A DNA stretch of 31,983 nucleotides from Vitrella brassicaformis CCMP3155 (GCA_001179505.1 CDMY01000675.1:1-31983); one strand, 5' to 3'; shown: positions 9,159 through 21,213, counted from the first letter of the stretch. The notes: a model not told the origin generated them from the letters alone. Translations and numbers: made by a program.

Positions 9159-12100
9159 GCGAAGGCCTCGCGTGATTTGACAATGGTGTCTTTGGTGGAG
9201 GGAAAGGAGGATCGAGAAACCTTAGCTAAGCTCGCAGACGCCTCTCCTCCCCCAAAGATCTCGGTGCCTGCTGTCGTGTATTGTGTTGTTCTGTCCTGGT
9301 GCAGTCGGCTTGTTACCCCGTGGGCCACCTGTGCCCCGCTGGGCACCTTTTGTCGCCTCATGGCGCCGCCTGACCCCCTCCCCCCGTCGCAGGCCTCCTC
9401 GATATGGATGGTGGGAGGCCACCCGTCTTGTGAGGTCGGCATCTATTGGCTGAGGGGTGACCAGCGCGAGGACATCATCATCTTCGTGAGGAAGGTGCTG
9501 GTGCTGGAGGGCCACCTGACGGCGACACGCTCACACTCGAGCAGACGACTGACCATCCTTCTCGAGTATGACGACCTCATGAAGCACATCAACGATTTCA
9601 AGCCCATGCTCTTCGGTCGCGCCCACAACACGGGTGTGCTGCTCACCGGCAAAGCGACAGAGGAGCTGGTGCAACAGGCCACCCGGCTGTACGAAGCGCT
9701 CCGTGTGCGGACCGTGGTGGTGCCGTGGCAGCAGCTGAGCCGTGCCGAGGCCCTCGAGACTTCCATCGAGGAACAGGCGAAGATGACAGTGCGTGTGGGC
9801 ATGTTGCTCGAGCCTGGCGAGATCTCCAAGGTGCCGCGCGTCCTAGGCGTCTCGTCGAAGCAGCTGGATTGGCCGGCCGACATCGGCCGATTCGCCAGCT
9901 TTGTCGTGATTGATGGGCGGGAGAAGGGTGCTGCCAGCAGCAAGGGAGGGGAGGGGGGGAGCGAGAGGCCGTCAGCCGTCTTGGAGACGGTCAGCACACA
10001 AGAGTCCAACCAGTACTCTCACCTAGCCCCGCCCCTGCCTGTGTGGCGGCTGATGCCGATGCACCGGTAAGGAAGAGGAACGAGACGCGCACCCCCACGC
10101 ATCCATCAGTGTGACGTGTTGGTCGTGTGTTGCCTTGGCAGCACGTCGGACGTCTTCGGCATTGCGTGTTTCGAGACCCAGTACGGCCACGGCTTGGCTG
10201 GCTTCTGCATGAGCGAAACGGCCCCCATCCTCGACAAAGCCATCGACGGTGAGACCACACACAACCCTCCCTCCACACCAACACATTACAACACACTCCA
10301 ACACGACGATTTCGTTTCTATCTGTGTGGTGTCAGACTTCGCTCTCGACCTGTCGACCTTCCCCCTCGCCCCCTCCCTCACCGACACACAGACCGACGAC
10401 ACCATGACCAGCACCACCACCGCCCCCACCAGCACCAGCACCAGCGCCCTGACCACCAGCCCCTCTCCCCCACCTCTCACATACACACCCACACTCGATC
10501 TCTCCGCCATGTGCAGCTTCGCGGCGCAGCGAAGAGCGGGAGAACAATCGGTGAAGCAGCTGACGACAGAGGCATTCGAGAGGGAGCTATACAACTATGT
10601 GGATGGCTACTGATACCGGTGATTCCTTCCGTCGGCGGCTGACGGGTCGACCCAACGACAAAGACAAAATATTCGACAGAGGTGAGCGCACACACACCGC
10701 CCATCGTCTCTCACTCCCTCCATCTGTCTGTCTGCCTGCCTGCCTGCCTGGCTGTGTGTCTGTGTGTGTTTGTAGTGGTTGAGAGTGGTGCGGCGAGGCT
10801 GTTCGCCGCTGACAACGAGCTCACCATCCTCCTCAACATCATCAACCGCACCGTGCCCGTGACTGACGACGAGCTGCAGCTGCACTGGCCGCACCTGACC
10901 GGCATCATCCACCTCAGGAACGGCGGCACCACCGGCGATGCCATCCTCTATCAGACCGTCAGGCTCGGCCTGCCCAACGTCTTGGCGACCATCTTCGAGA
11001 GGCTGAAGGTCCATATGCACGACAAGGTGCTGACCTGGGACACTATCGGCAGCGGTCGGCCGATTTCGACGGGGAACATCCTGCGGCTGTTGGGCCAGTC
11101 GACATCACCCCAACGTGAGCACCGCCTCGCTCCACACCACACACGTGCTATTCCATTTGGGTCGCGTTTTGTGCCAGATACGGAGCAGTCGACGAGCTCA
11201 TCGGTGGTCCCAACCACCACGACCACCACCACTGAGGCGAGCAAGCCAGGTGAGAGCCGGCACGTCGCTGCACGGGTGCCGTCATGTTGTCTTGTCCATT
11301 CAATGGATGTGTGCCGTCAGGTGCTGCTGGCTTGGTGGACAGCTCGGCTTCGTCGGCAGTCGTCCCCTCTGACCCCGACACCCACACCCACACCCACACC
11401 CACACAGACCACCAGCATCAGCAGCACTGCCGCCATCAGCGGCGTGGCGGCGGCCGCCCCCCTCTCCCTCCTCGTCCCCCAGCCCACCCACACATACGAC
11501 TTCTCCAGCGAGGACGTCATCAGCCAGGTGGCGAGCGGCCACGGATGGTCGGCACACGCGACTGCCAGCGTCAAGGACATCATCGCTGTGCGGCACTCTG
11601 GAGTGCGAGTGCTGGTCACGTCAAGGCCACACATGAGCTTCTTCCCCCCCAAGGGTAGCCGAGAGCCGTACGCACATGGGATGTTCCACATACACGACCA
11701 TGGTGTGATGGCCGTATCGTCCTACATCCAGAGGGACGGCAGGCGCGGCACGGATCGCAAATACATGGTCGCCTTGGAGGGCATCCAGCCGAGGCTCACG
11801 ACCCTAGAGGGTGAGTAAGAGAGATGGACCCAAGGGAGAAATTTCCTCACTTGTGCGTGTGCAGTGTCCTGTGCAGCGTTTCAGGCCTTCCTCGTCAGGG
11901 ACCAAATGTGGGACCAGACGGTGCCGACCGTCGGCAGCGAGGACGCATCCACCGCAGCCGGCCGTCGCGACCCGCAGGCCCCCCAGAGCATCGGCTTCCT
12001 GCGGGTGGCGGCCAACTTTGAGAACGGCATCGTGTCCGTGTGGGCCGACAGCGACACACCAAGCAAAGACCCCATCGGCCTGTCCTGGAGCAGCCGCATG

Positions 12101-13137
12101 GCCCAGCGCTTGCTCGATGCCAACACTCAAGAGACTCAAAAGACTCAAGAGGACCTCGGCTACTACAGGGTGCGGCTGGAGGACTTCGGCTGGGACCAGG
12201 TGGAGAGGGACGGCATGGGCGGTGTCTACAAGCTCACCGACGTCAGCGGACAAAAAACTTTCGCGTACCCCAATTGCTGGAGAGGGCGACGAGTGGCAGC
12301 CAGCAGGGGGCACTCACCATTCGCCTAGGTGGCCCACCCACCTTTTCGTCCTCATCAACGCCTTTGTTCAGTCCCGACGACCTCGCCACTGACGAGCAGA
12401 GGAAGCGGCTCTCGAAGTAGGCAACAGAGGGACGGGATGGAAGGGCAGACACACACATCACTGTGTGTGTGCGTGTGCAGGCGTTTGAAGGATTTGCGTG
12501 TGGAGATGGAACACGAGGGCATCAAATTCATCTCTGCCGACGGCACCGACTCCATCATATTCGGGAAGTAAGGAGCTCTTGTCCACCTGCACGCACCAAT
12601 ACTCTGCCCGTTGATCGGTAGCCATCCGTGTGTCGTTCATCTGTCTGTCCTTGGGTGCTTGTGTGTGCGTGCATCAGGTTGAGGACGATGGTAGGGGTCG
12701 CTCGACTGGATGAGCTGATTGACAACTTCCAGAATGAGACTGCCCTCGTCCTGTATGACGAAGCAGCTGTCGAGGATTCCAAAAAACGGCTGGCGTCTGG
12801 CATGACCATGGAGGCAGCACGAGAGAGCAGCGGTATGCGGCGGTCAGGCATCCCTGGGATGGGGAGAGGGATTGGGAGAGGGATGGGGAGAGGGCTGCCA
12901 CCACAGGCAGCGATGCCACCACAACCGGTCCCGGCCCCCTCCCTCTCCCTCTCCCCCGCCCCCTCCCCCGCCCCCGCCCTCAGCGCAGCCTCTGCCGACG
13001 TCTCGCAGCTGTCCTCCTCCCTCACACCCGCACCCGCACCCACACCCACACCCGCACCCACACCCACACCCACATCCGCACCCGCAGCCGCATCCAAGAC
13101 CAAGTCCAAGGGCAAGGTCCACAAGACCATCGGTTGA
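9159..13137 (+). pseudogene. Multi-exon gene of unknown function, frame-disrupted (pseudogene or sequence error); exons about 9159-9263, 9393-10066, 10142-10248, 10336-10681, 10776-11249, about 11343-11810, 11877-about 12300, 12372-12416, 12481-12567, 12678-13137
   Basis: Phase-consistent GT-AG introns at 10067-10141, 10249-10335, 10682-10775, 11811-11876, 12417-12480, 12568-12677. Clear frame break at 10608-10613; ambiguous junctions near 11250-11370 and 12240-12371. One ankyrin-like motif (GDAILYQTVRLGLPNVLATIF), Thr/Pro linkers, GMGRG repeats and a Pro-rich tail. Confidence 0.7.
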
Positions 13138-13240
13138 TTTGACGGCCAGGGGATGGGGGTGGGTGGCGTGCTACAGTGGTAACGTAGATGCATACGTGGG
13201 CGGGTGGGCAGACGGGTGGTGCGTGGGGCTGTGGTGGGAG

Positions 13241-13624
13241 CTGCTGTGCCGGCGGTCGGTCGACCGTCTTCTTTCTTTCTCTGTCTGTCTGTGTGTGGTG
13301 GGTGAGCAAGAGTACCTGACGCACACACAACCAAAACACACACACACACACTCATATGGAAGACGACAGATGAGTGCCGTCTGTGTGGGCGTTTTGACAT
13401 GAGCGTGTGGGTGCTGGTGGCATGCAGATGGACGGGCCGTGGGGCCACACACACAAAGAGCCCCTGCACCGCTGTTTTGGCGTTTTGTTCACTCAAGGGG
13501 ACGGCTGATTTGACGGGATGGGGCGGGAGAGATCGGTACGGTGCGTGTGCGGAGGGCAATGGGTTCTCATCTGCTGGCTGGGAGGGCTGTGGCCGAGCAG
13601 TCCGTCTATTGTACGTGTGGATTG
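13241..13624. repeat. About 380-bp non-coding direct repeat, copy 1 (pairs with 15468-15850)
   Basis: Both run ctgctgtgccggcggtcggt...catatggaagacgacagatgagtgcc...gtacgtgtggattg with few differences. Confidence 0.9.
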
Positions 13625-15467
13625 TGCGTGTGCCTGGGTTGAGCTGTCTGCCTGCCTGCCTCATTCACTCACTCCTTCACTCACTCATTGCTGTAGCGGG
13701 GGGTATGGCTGCCGAAGATATTGCTTGCATGGTGCTCACATGGCCAGGCGCCCCACACGAAGCCGTCCGTGTGCGTGGCGCATGGTGAATGTGGCTGCTC
13801 ATAGGCCATCCCCATGTGTGCATCATGCCTGCGGCCCTCTCTTCCTCCGTGTCTGCCAATCGCTCGACACCCAGTGGACATGGTGTGTGTTGTGCTGGCT
13901 TGACCACTCACTGGCGATCGAGCTATGCTGCGGGGGGCGATGGGGGGCTGTGCGTGGAAGTTAGTGATGGAGGGGTCAGGCGAGGCTGGTGGGTGGGTGA
14001 GCGGGATTTGCTGTCCGTGGGGCTCAGTGGTGGGTTGGAAGGTGTGCACTGACTGACATGCCGGTGCGATCGGCCTGCTGTGTGTGTCACGGTGTGCGCG
14101 TGAGAGAGAGAGAGAGTTACACTACGGGCTGCTGCTTTTCTAAACGTTTAAGTGTCACTTACCTACAGTATGCGCGCAGAGAGCGACACACGGCCGACCC
14201 GACCCGACTTGACGTGGACCTGCTGGGTGTGGGTGTGTCGTGTGTGCGTGGGTGCAAGTGTGTGTGGCCAGGCGAGTGCTGCTCGCTATGTGTTTTGGTG
14301 CTGCCGCCTTTTTGCATTTGTGCAGTTGCCTGCTGATGGTGTGTGTATGGGTGTGAAGGGTCCCTCCCCTCCCCAGCTCAGCTTGTCGATCTATAAGCTC
14401 TAAGACTTATGCCCTTTATCCATTTTCCTTTTGCCTTTCCTCTGTTTGCCCATTTTATGATCAAAACGCTCAAGTCGCTCTGTGCGTGTATGCCTGCCTG
14501 CCTGCCTCGCTCACTCATTCATTCATTCACTCACTCACTGCGCATCTGCCTGGCTGCCCGTGTGTCTGTGTGTGGCTGTATGGCCGTTGACGTGGCGCCA
14601 CACACGTGGGGTCTGGTTTTGGTGGTGTGGATTGCTTGGCTGGGCGTTCTGCGCGTCTGCCTGCGTCTGCCTGACTCAAGGGGGATCAAGGATGGATGGA
14701 TGGATGGATGGTATGACAGCCACGTGCCCGACCGATAGCTATACAGACCATGATTGCTCACTCACCAAATGCCTGTTTGCTTGTAGGCACTGAGTGGCTG
14801 GGACGGGAGGGAGGGGAGAGGCAGGCTGCAGAAGGGCTGCCTGTTGCGTCATGGCGGATGGAGTGCACACACATTCACAGAGCGCTGTATGTGCAATGAA
14901 TGGATGGATGGATGGATGGAAGGACAGACGGACGGGTGCTGTGTGTGCGGATGCGGATCGATGCGGTTTTCTGTTTGCTGCCGTGTGCCTGTCGCCGTGG
15001 AAACGGCATAGAGGGGCACCTGTGACGCGACAGCAGGGACATCGACGGGTGCTGTGTTGTGTGCCTGATGCCCTTGGTGCGGGTTTTGGATGCGGCCCCC
15101 TCCCCCCCTCCAGCTTGCCCGTATGCCTGCCTGTTGCCATAGGCCGTCAGACTCATACGTACATCCATGAGTGTCCATCCAACTCGATCGACGGTCCATC
15201 CTGTCTCTTTCTTTTGCCTTTCTCCTCCTGTCTGCCTGTTGGTGCCCTTCATGTCATGGCAGCCTGACGCCGTCTTTTGCGGCCTTTTTCCTGCTGCCTT
15301 TGTGTCTTTTGTTGATGGGACCGAGGCGTTAACTAACGCACATGTGCCCATACGTATGCATCTGCATATTTGTCTGCACGCTCTATACGAGTAGCAAAGG
15401 CACCCCATGCCCTTTGCTCGCATGCCCGTGCCCGTGTTTGCCTTGTTTCTTTTTCTGTATAGGATGG

Positions 15468-15850
15468 CTGCTGTGCCGGCGGTCGGTCGGTCGACCGTCT
15501 TCTTTCTTTCTCTGTCTGTGTGTGTGTGGTGGGTGAGCAAGAGCACCTGACGCACACACACACAACCAAAACACACACACACACACTCATATGGAAGACG
15601 ACAGATGAGTGCCGTCTGTGTGGGCGTTTTGACATGAGCGTGTGGGTGCTGGTGGGTGGCAGATGGACGGGGCGTGGGGCCACACACACAAAGAGCCCCT
15701 GCTTCGCTGTTTTGGCGTTTTGTTCACTGAAGGGGACGGCTGATTTGACGGGATGGGGCGGGAGAGGTCGGTACGGTGCGTGTGCGGAGGGCAATGGGTT
15801 CACATCTGCTGGCTGTGGCCGAGCAGTCCGTGTATTGTACGTGTGGATTG
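15468..15850. repeat. About 380-bp non-coding direct repeat, copy 2
   Basis: Same sequence as 13241-13624. Confidence 0.9.
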
Positions 15851-15979
15851 CGACCGACCGATGCGCCCACAGTCATGGGTCATGGTGTTTGTATGGGCCC
15901 ACCCGTCGGGACTGCATATCTCTCTACCTATACAAGTAGCACTGACTCTCACCCAAGGAAGTGGGAGGGAATTTGCGTT

Positions 15980-17757
15980 TTGCCCGCCCCATTGCCTTTT
16001 TGTGCAATCCAGGCCGACAGCAGCCATGACCACTTGATGTGATTTGATCTCCTTCATTGCCCATCACTTGCTCCGATTGCCTGCCTGCATCGTTCGTGTG
16101 CGTGTGCCGACCTGTTGAATTCAGGACTCTGTCTGTCTGTCTGTCTGCCTTGCCTGTTTTGTGTCGACACGTGCCTGCGGCCCTCAAGTCTCGCTTCGTT
16201 TATGTGCGTCTGTCGGTGGTGCGTTGATGAAGGCAGCGGGCTGAGAGGTGACTCTCACACCCGCGTGCCTTTGTCGACACATCACCACAAACCTGATGCC
16301 GCGGTGCCTCCGTGTGTGTGCACGACGTCGGTGTGTGTGTGTGTCCTCTCTCCTTCTCTCCTCTCTCTCTCTCTCTCTCTCCCTATGTGTCCATTGAAGT
16401 GGTTTAAGGCCTTTATCGAGTGGGAAGGTTTAATATGACGGGCGACTTTGTTGAGAGCAGGCCCGGCCCCCTCGTGCAAAGCACATGGCTGGCCCGGGCT
16501 GAGGTCTTTTCTCTTTCTTTCGTCTGGCCGTGTGTGAAATAGGAAGCGAGAATCACAGCCAGCTTATCGACCACCCAGTCACTTCGTCTGTTCGTCTGTC
16601 TGCCTGTCTGTCTGTATTGCCCTCACCTCGCACCGCACACCCAAGCCCCTCTGACTGAACAGGCAGACAGACAGACAGACAGCTGGAGTCGAGTTGAGCT
16701 AAGCCCCCTCTCTCCCTACTACACAGATGTTTTCACGTGCGTACCGTCCGCGTGTATCGGTGGGCGTTGTCTGTCTGTCTGTCTGCCTTGCCTGTTTTGT
16801 GTCGACACGTGCCTGCGGCCTTCAAGTCTCTCTTCGTTTATGTGCGTCTGTCGGTGGTGCGTCGATGAAGGCAGCGGGCTGAGAGGTGACTCTCACACCC
16901 GCGTGCCTTTGTCGACACATCACCACAAACCTGATGCCCCGGTGCCTCCGTGTGTCCATACGTGTGTGTTGGACATATATTCCAGGCCTATATGTCCAGT
17001 ATGTTCATGTGTGTGGATGTGATGTGATGGCAGTGAGGCGCTCCGTCAGCACGGCTGGCTGGATGCGATTGAGTTTGTTGATACATGTATGAATGAATGG
17101 GGTGCATGCAAAGCACGTCGTCCCCCTCTCCCCCCTTCTATCTACGCTGCCTTTGTCTTCTCAATGTACGTACTCTCTGTCTATGTGCCCCTTGATTGGT
17201 CGTGCGTCGGTGGTTGGGCATGTGCGTGAGAGCTGTGCACAGCCCCCCACCCCACCAGCCATCCATCGACGCACCAACCAATATTCAACAGATGTCCACT
17301 TGCCTTTTATCCAGTGAGATTATTTTCAATTGAGACGATGGCCGACTGTGTTGTGCATGTGTCTGTCGGTGTGCAGCGGTATTCCTTCCGACTGATGGGT
17401 GCACACAGATGTGTTCGCCCTCCTGGTTCGCAAGAGATGCGATGCACCGACAGACACACGCACGCTCAGATGGCCGATAAATATGTACATCAGACGATCC
17501 GAAACAAGTGAGAGAGACCATATGCATATCGATGGACCGACATCATTCGATGCCAGCAGATGTCTCTCAGTCAAGAGCAGCCACGCACTCCCCCATCAAA
17601 ACGCATCGATAAAGTGGATGGCGGAGCACATTGTCACTGAGGCGTGTCGACAGACACAAAGACGTCTCTATGGTTACGCATTCTCTATAGTTGATGGACC
17701 TTGATGAATCGTTTATTGGCCAAACCAATCGGTCGACACTTGGCACAATTTCCCATT
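15980..17757. repeat. About 1.8-kb non-coding repeat unit, copy 1 (pairs with 18211-19565); contains an internal duplicate (16131-16320 = 16771-16955)
   Basis: 15982-16530 matches 18211-18780 and 17112-17757 matches 18785-19565. The block gtcgacacgtgcctgcggcc...caccacaaacctgatgc occurs three times. Confidence 0.88.
16345..16382. repeat. (CT)n microsatellite
   Basis: cctctctccttctctcctctctctctctctctctctccc. Confidence 0.9.
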
Positions 17758-17760
17758 CAG

Positions 17761-17910
17761 CTAAGTCTGCATGCGCTCCATCAGCACACCAGCCGTCACC
17801 ACAGCCGACTTCGCCCGGCAGGTGGCTCGCACACATACGAGCTCACGGACGAGGAGGGAGGGGATAATGCGCCTGCGCCACAGCTCATCGGGCACCAAAT
17901 CAGAGATCGC
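17761..17910 (-). pseudogene. F-box-like exon fragment, truncated (5' end in gap, stop at 17763-17761)
   Basis: Minus frame reads AISDLVPDELWRRRIIPSLLVRELVCVRATCRAKSAVVTAGVLMERMQT-stop, fitting the F-box consensus LPxE(L/I)xxxIxxxLxxxxLxxxxxxCR. Confidence 0.6.
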
Positions 17911-18210
17911 NNNNNNNNNNNNNNNNNNNNNNNNNNNNNNNNNNNNNNNNNNNNNNNNNNNNNNNNNNNNNNNNNNNNNNNNNNNNNNNNNNNNNNNNNN
18001 NNNNNNNNNNNNNNNNNNNNNNNNNNNNNNNNNNNNNNNNNNNNNNNNNNNNNNNNNNNNNNNNNNNNNNNNNNNNNNNNNNNNNNNNNNNNNNNNNNNN
18101 NNNNNNNNNNNNNNNNNNNNNNNNNNNNNNNNNNNNNNNNNNNNNNNNNNNNNNNNNNNNNNNNNNNNNNNNNNNNNNNNNNNNNNNNNNNNNNNNNNNN
18201 NNNNNNNNNN
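17911..18210. other. Assembly gap (300 N placeholder)
   Basis: Exactly 300 N. Confidence 0.99.
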
Positions 18211-19565
18211 GCCCGCCCGCCCCATTGCCTTTTTGTGCAATTCAGGACGACAGCAGCCATGACTTTTCGCTGTGATTTGATCTCCTTCACTGGCCATCAC
18301 TTGCTCCGATTGCCTGCCTGCATTCCTTCGTGTGCGTGTCTGCGTCTGCGTGTGCGTGTGCACACCATGTGCCGACCTGTTGAATTAATGACTCTGTCTG
18401 TCTGCCTTGCCTGTTTCATGTCGACACGTGCCTGCGGCCCTCAAGTCTCGCTTCGTTTATGTGCATCTGTCGGTGGTGCGTTGATGAAGGCAGCGGGCTG
18501 AGAGGTGACTCTCACACCCGCGTGCCTTTGTCGACACATCACCACAAACCTGATGCCGCGGTGCCTCCGTGTGTGTGTCCTGTCTCCTTCTCTCCCCCCT
18601 TTCTCTCTCTATGTGTCCATCGAAGTGGTTTAAGGTGTGTGCAGCCCTGCTGTTTGTTGCCTTTATCGAGTGAGAAGTTTTAATACGACGGGCGACTTTG
18701 TTGAGGGCAGGGCCGGCCCCCTCGTGCAAAGCACATGGCTGGCCCGGGCTGAGGTCTTTTATGTTTCTTTCGTCTGGCCGTAATGCACGTCGTCCCCCCC
18801 CTCTCCCTCCTGTCTATCTACGCTGCCTTCGTCTTCTCAATGTACTCTCTGTCTATGTGCCCCTCAAGGGATTGGTCGTGCGTCGGTGGTTGGGCATGTG
18901 CGTGAGAGCTGTGCACAGCTCCCCACCCCACCAGCCATCCATCGACGCACCAACCAGTATTCAACAGATGTCCACTTGCCTTTTATCCAGTGAGATTATT
19001 TTCAACAAGACGATGGCCGACTGTGTTGTGCATGCGTGTGTCTGTCGGTGCAGCGGTATTCCTTGCGACTGACTGGATAGGTGCAGTGGACTGCACCCCG
19101 GTTCGCAAGAGATGCGATGCACGACATGACACACGCACGCTCAGATGACCGATAGATATGTACATCAGACGATCCGAAACAAGTGAGAGAGAGTTGGGTG
19201 AGTGAGTGGGTGTGTGGGTTGGTGGCCTCCTTACGAATGATAGGTCCATCTGCTCGGCAAACGACTCACTCTGCCACACGCACACACACACACACACATA
19301 CACACGCACGCACACACACACATCTCCATACGCATATCGATGGACCCACATCATTCGATGCCAGCAGATTTCTCTCAGTCAAGAGCAGCCACGCACTCCC
19401 CCATCAAAACGCATCGATAAAGTGGATGGCGGAGCACATTGTCACTTAGGCGTGTCGACAGACACAAAGACGTCTCTATGGTTACGCATTCTCTATAGTT
19501 GATGGACCTTGATGAATCGTTTATTGGCCAAACCAATCGGTCGACACTTGGCACAAATTCCCATT
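18211..19565. repeat. Non-coding repeat unit, copy 2 (lacks the 16531-17111 middle of copy 1)
   Basis: Junction cgtctggccg-taat-gcacgtcgtcccc at 18771-18795 joins sequence equivalent to 16530 and 17112. Confidence 0.88.
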
Positions 19566-19594
19566 AAAAGACACCTGGATCACGTCCGCCTGCA

Positions 19595-21213
19595 TCAAGG
19601 CCTGATGAGAAACACGATCGCCTGAATGAATCAGCGGCACACTGACAGTAGGTATTCCCGCTACACGTGGGGCTACCTGTAGTGCGACTCCCATGTCATT
19701 GTGTGTCTGCAGCTCCGCCATTTTGTCCACACCGCCCGCCTGACGTGAAATGTGATGTTCGCTTCCCGTCATTCTCTCTCTCTCTTGTTCCCTCACCTGG
19801 TCCACCAGACTGGAGTAGGGGTTGTCGGGGAGGCCCTCATTGGCCTGCTTCTGCCGACCCGCTCCGCACACACAAACGCAACACACATCGGGTATCACAC
19901 AGGCGGCAGCTTGTTGACCTACCTTAGTATCTTGCCGACCAAGTAGATCATGGCTGTAAGTCGATTGTTATTGTCGCCGTCGAGCAGGTCACAGAAGGGC
20001 TGGATGCCGCCACACTCAATCACATGCTCAGCCTGCATTGCATGATTGAACGAGAAATGAACACACACACAGGCACGTGAGTGTGGGGCTGTTCAGCGGT
20101 CAGCGTAGGCACCTGTCGCTGCGAACCTCCTCGGGCTATCTTTCCGATGCTCTCTTCACTGCCATCTCCTTCAGGTAGGGATCGGTCTCCTCGGCGGCCG
20201 CCAGGTCGACCAGCAGCGGCACCAAATCAGCATCGATGATGGCCTGGACGTGGGCAGCGCTACCTGTATCAAATCAATCCACACACAACCACGGCCCTAC
20301 ACGTGACGTCCTCGGAATCAGGGAGTGTGTGTGACGATTTGTGTCACCTGCAGCGGTGAATTGCACTATCAGGCACCCCACTCCACCAACGCGCCACGGT
20401 CGGCATCGGTACCTGAGAACGTGGGCAGGCAGGACAAAGCCGACCATGCACCTCAGGACAATCTCTCAGGCACTCATGTATACTGACTGACCGTCTTTCT
20501 CGGCGAACCAGCCGGCGATGTCCGCTAGGAGCACTCGTGCGGACTGCAGCATATGCTCGTGCCGCTGCGGTGCGGCGATGAGACCGGGATCACAGTGGGG
20601 CGAACTCGGCGAGTGGGGCGGGGAGGGGCTCATTCTCGGCGACTATCCACACATCGCACAGCAGGCGGCCACTCCATGACAGCACCTCGGCGTTGGTGGC
20701 CTCACGCATTACCTTCAGCAGTGGCTCGAGGATGCCGGCCGCCACCACGGCACCGCTGTGATGTTGCGCAGCGCCACCATGGCCCCCCAGCACACGAGGG
20801 GCGGGACAGCACCAGCATTGGCCACCGTTGCGGCGTGATGAGCGGCTAGCATGCCCAGCAGGCATGCTGCCGGCCCCTGCAGCTTCTCGTTCCCCAGCTG
20901 CTCCACCCACCAACACAGGCACGACACGGACGTTGACGGCCTTCTGCCCCACCATGCCATCCAGGTGCTTGATGAAGAGCAGCCGCATGAGCTGCCGCAC
21001 GGCGCGGACCCGAAGCTGCCCATCACTGGCCGACGCTATCAGGTGGCAGATGTCGGTCACGACGGCCGTGATCTCGGCCCCGACGGCCTCGTCGTAGGCC
21101 TCCTTCGTGCGGATGGCATTGTAGAGCTTCCTCGTCTTGGTCAGCACTGCTTGGGGTGAGGGATGGCCAGCTGTGGTGCTGGCGGCATCGGCTGGGCTGC
21201 CCGCCGACTCCAT
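19595..21213 (-). pseudogene. Importin-alpha-like ARM-repeat pseudogene lacking a recognisable IBB domain; approximate exons 21213-20492, 20412-20348, 20263-20113, 20032-19923, 19861-19797, 19739-19677, 19621-19595
   Basis: Importin-alpha-type motifs in order: VANAGAVPPLV, AMVALRNI, AVVAAGILEPLLK, HVQAIIDADLVPLLV, SIGKIARGGSQRQ, VIECGGIQPFCDLL, DNPYSSLVDQ, AGGVDKMAELQTH. Lesions include a 4-bp CACC duplication at 20904-20911, frameshifts near 20760, 20600 and 20150, and in-frame stops near 20370. Confidence 0.8.

Noticed and set aside
10611-10613. TGA as selenocysteine or read-through codon
   Set aside because: The downstream coding sequence is in a different frame, so read-through would not rescue the protein.
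11500-11700. HicA-like toxin resemblance (GHGWSAH...RH)
   Set aside because: The hallmark GSH motif is absent and the similarity is too weak to support.
13022-13082. (CACACC/CGCACC)n and similar arrays as CRISPR-like repeats
   Set aside because: Simple hexamer repeats encoding Pro-Thr/Pro-Ala linkers, with no unique spacers or cas genes, in a eukaryotic context.
12555-13664. 369-aa minus-strand ORF
   Set aside because: Spans an intron, the antisense of the last exon and a non-coding repeat; composed of microsatellite-derived low-complexity sequence.
19080-19097. Hairpin GGTGCAG-TGGA-CTGCACC
   Set aside because: A 7-bp stem absent from the paralogous copy near 17398; expected by chance in GC-rich DNA.
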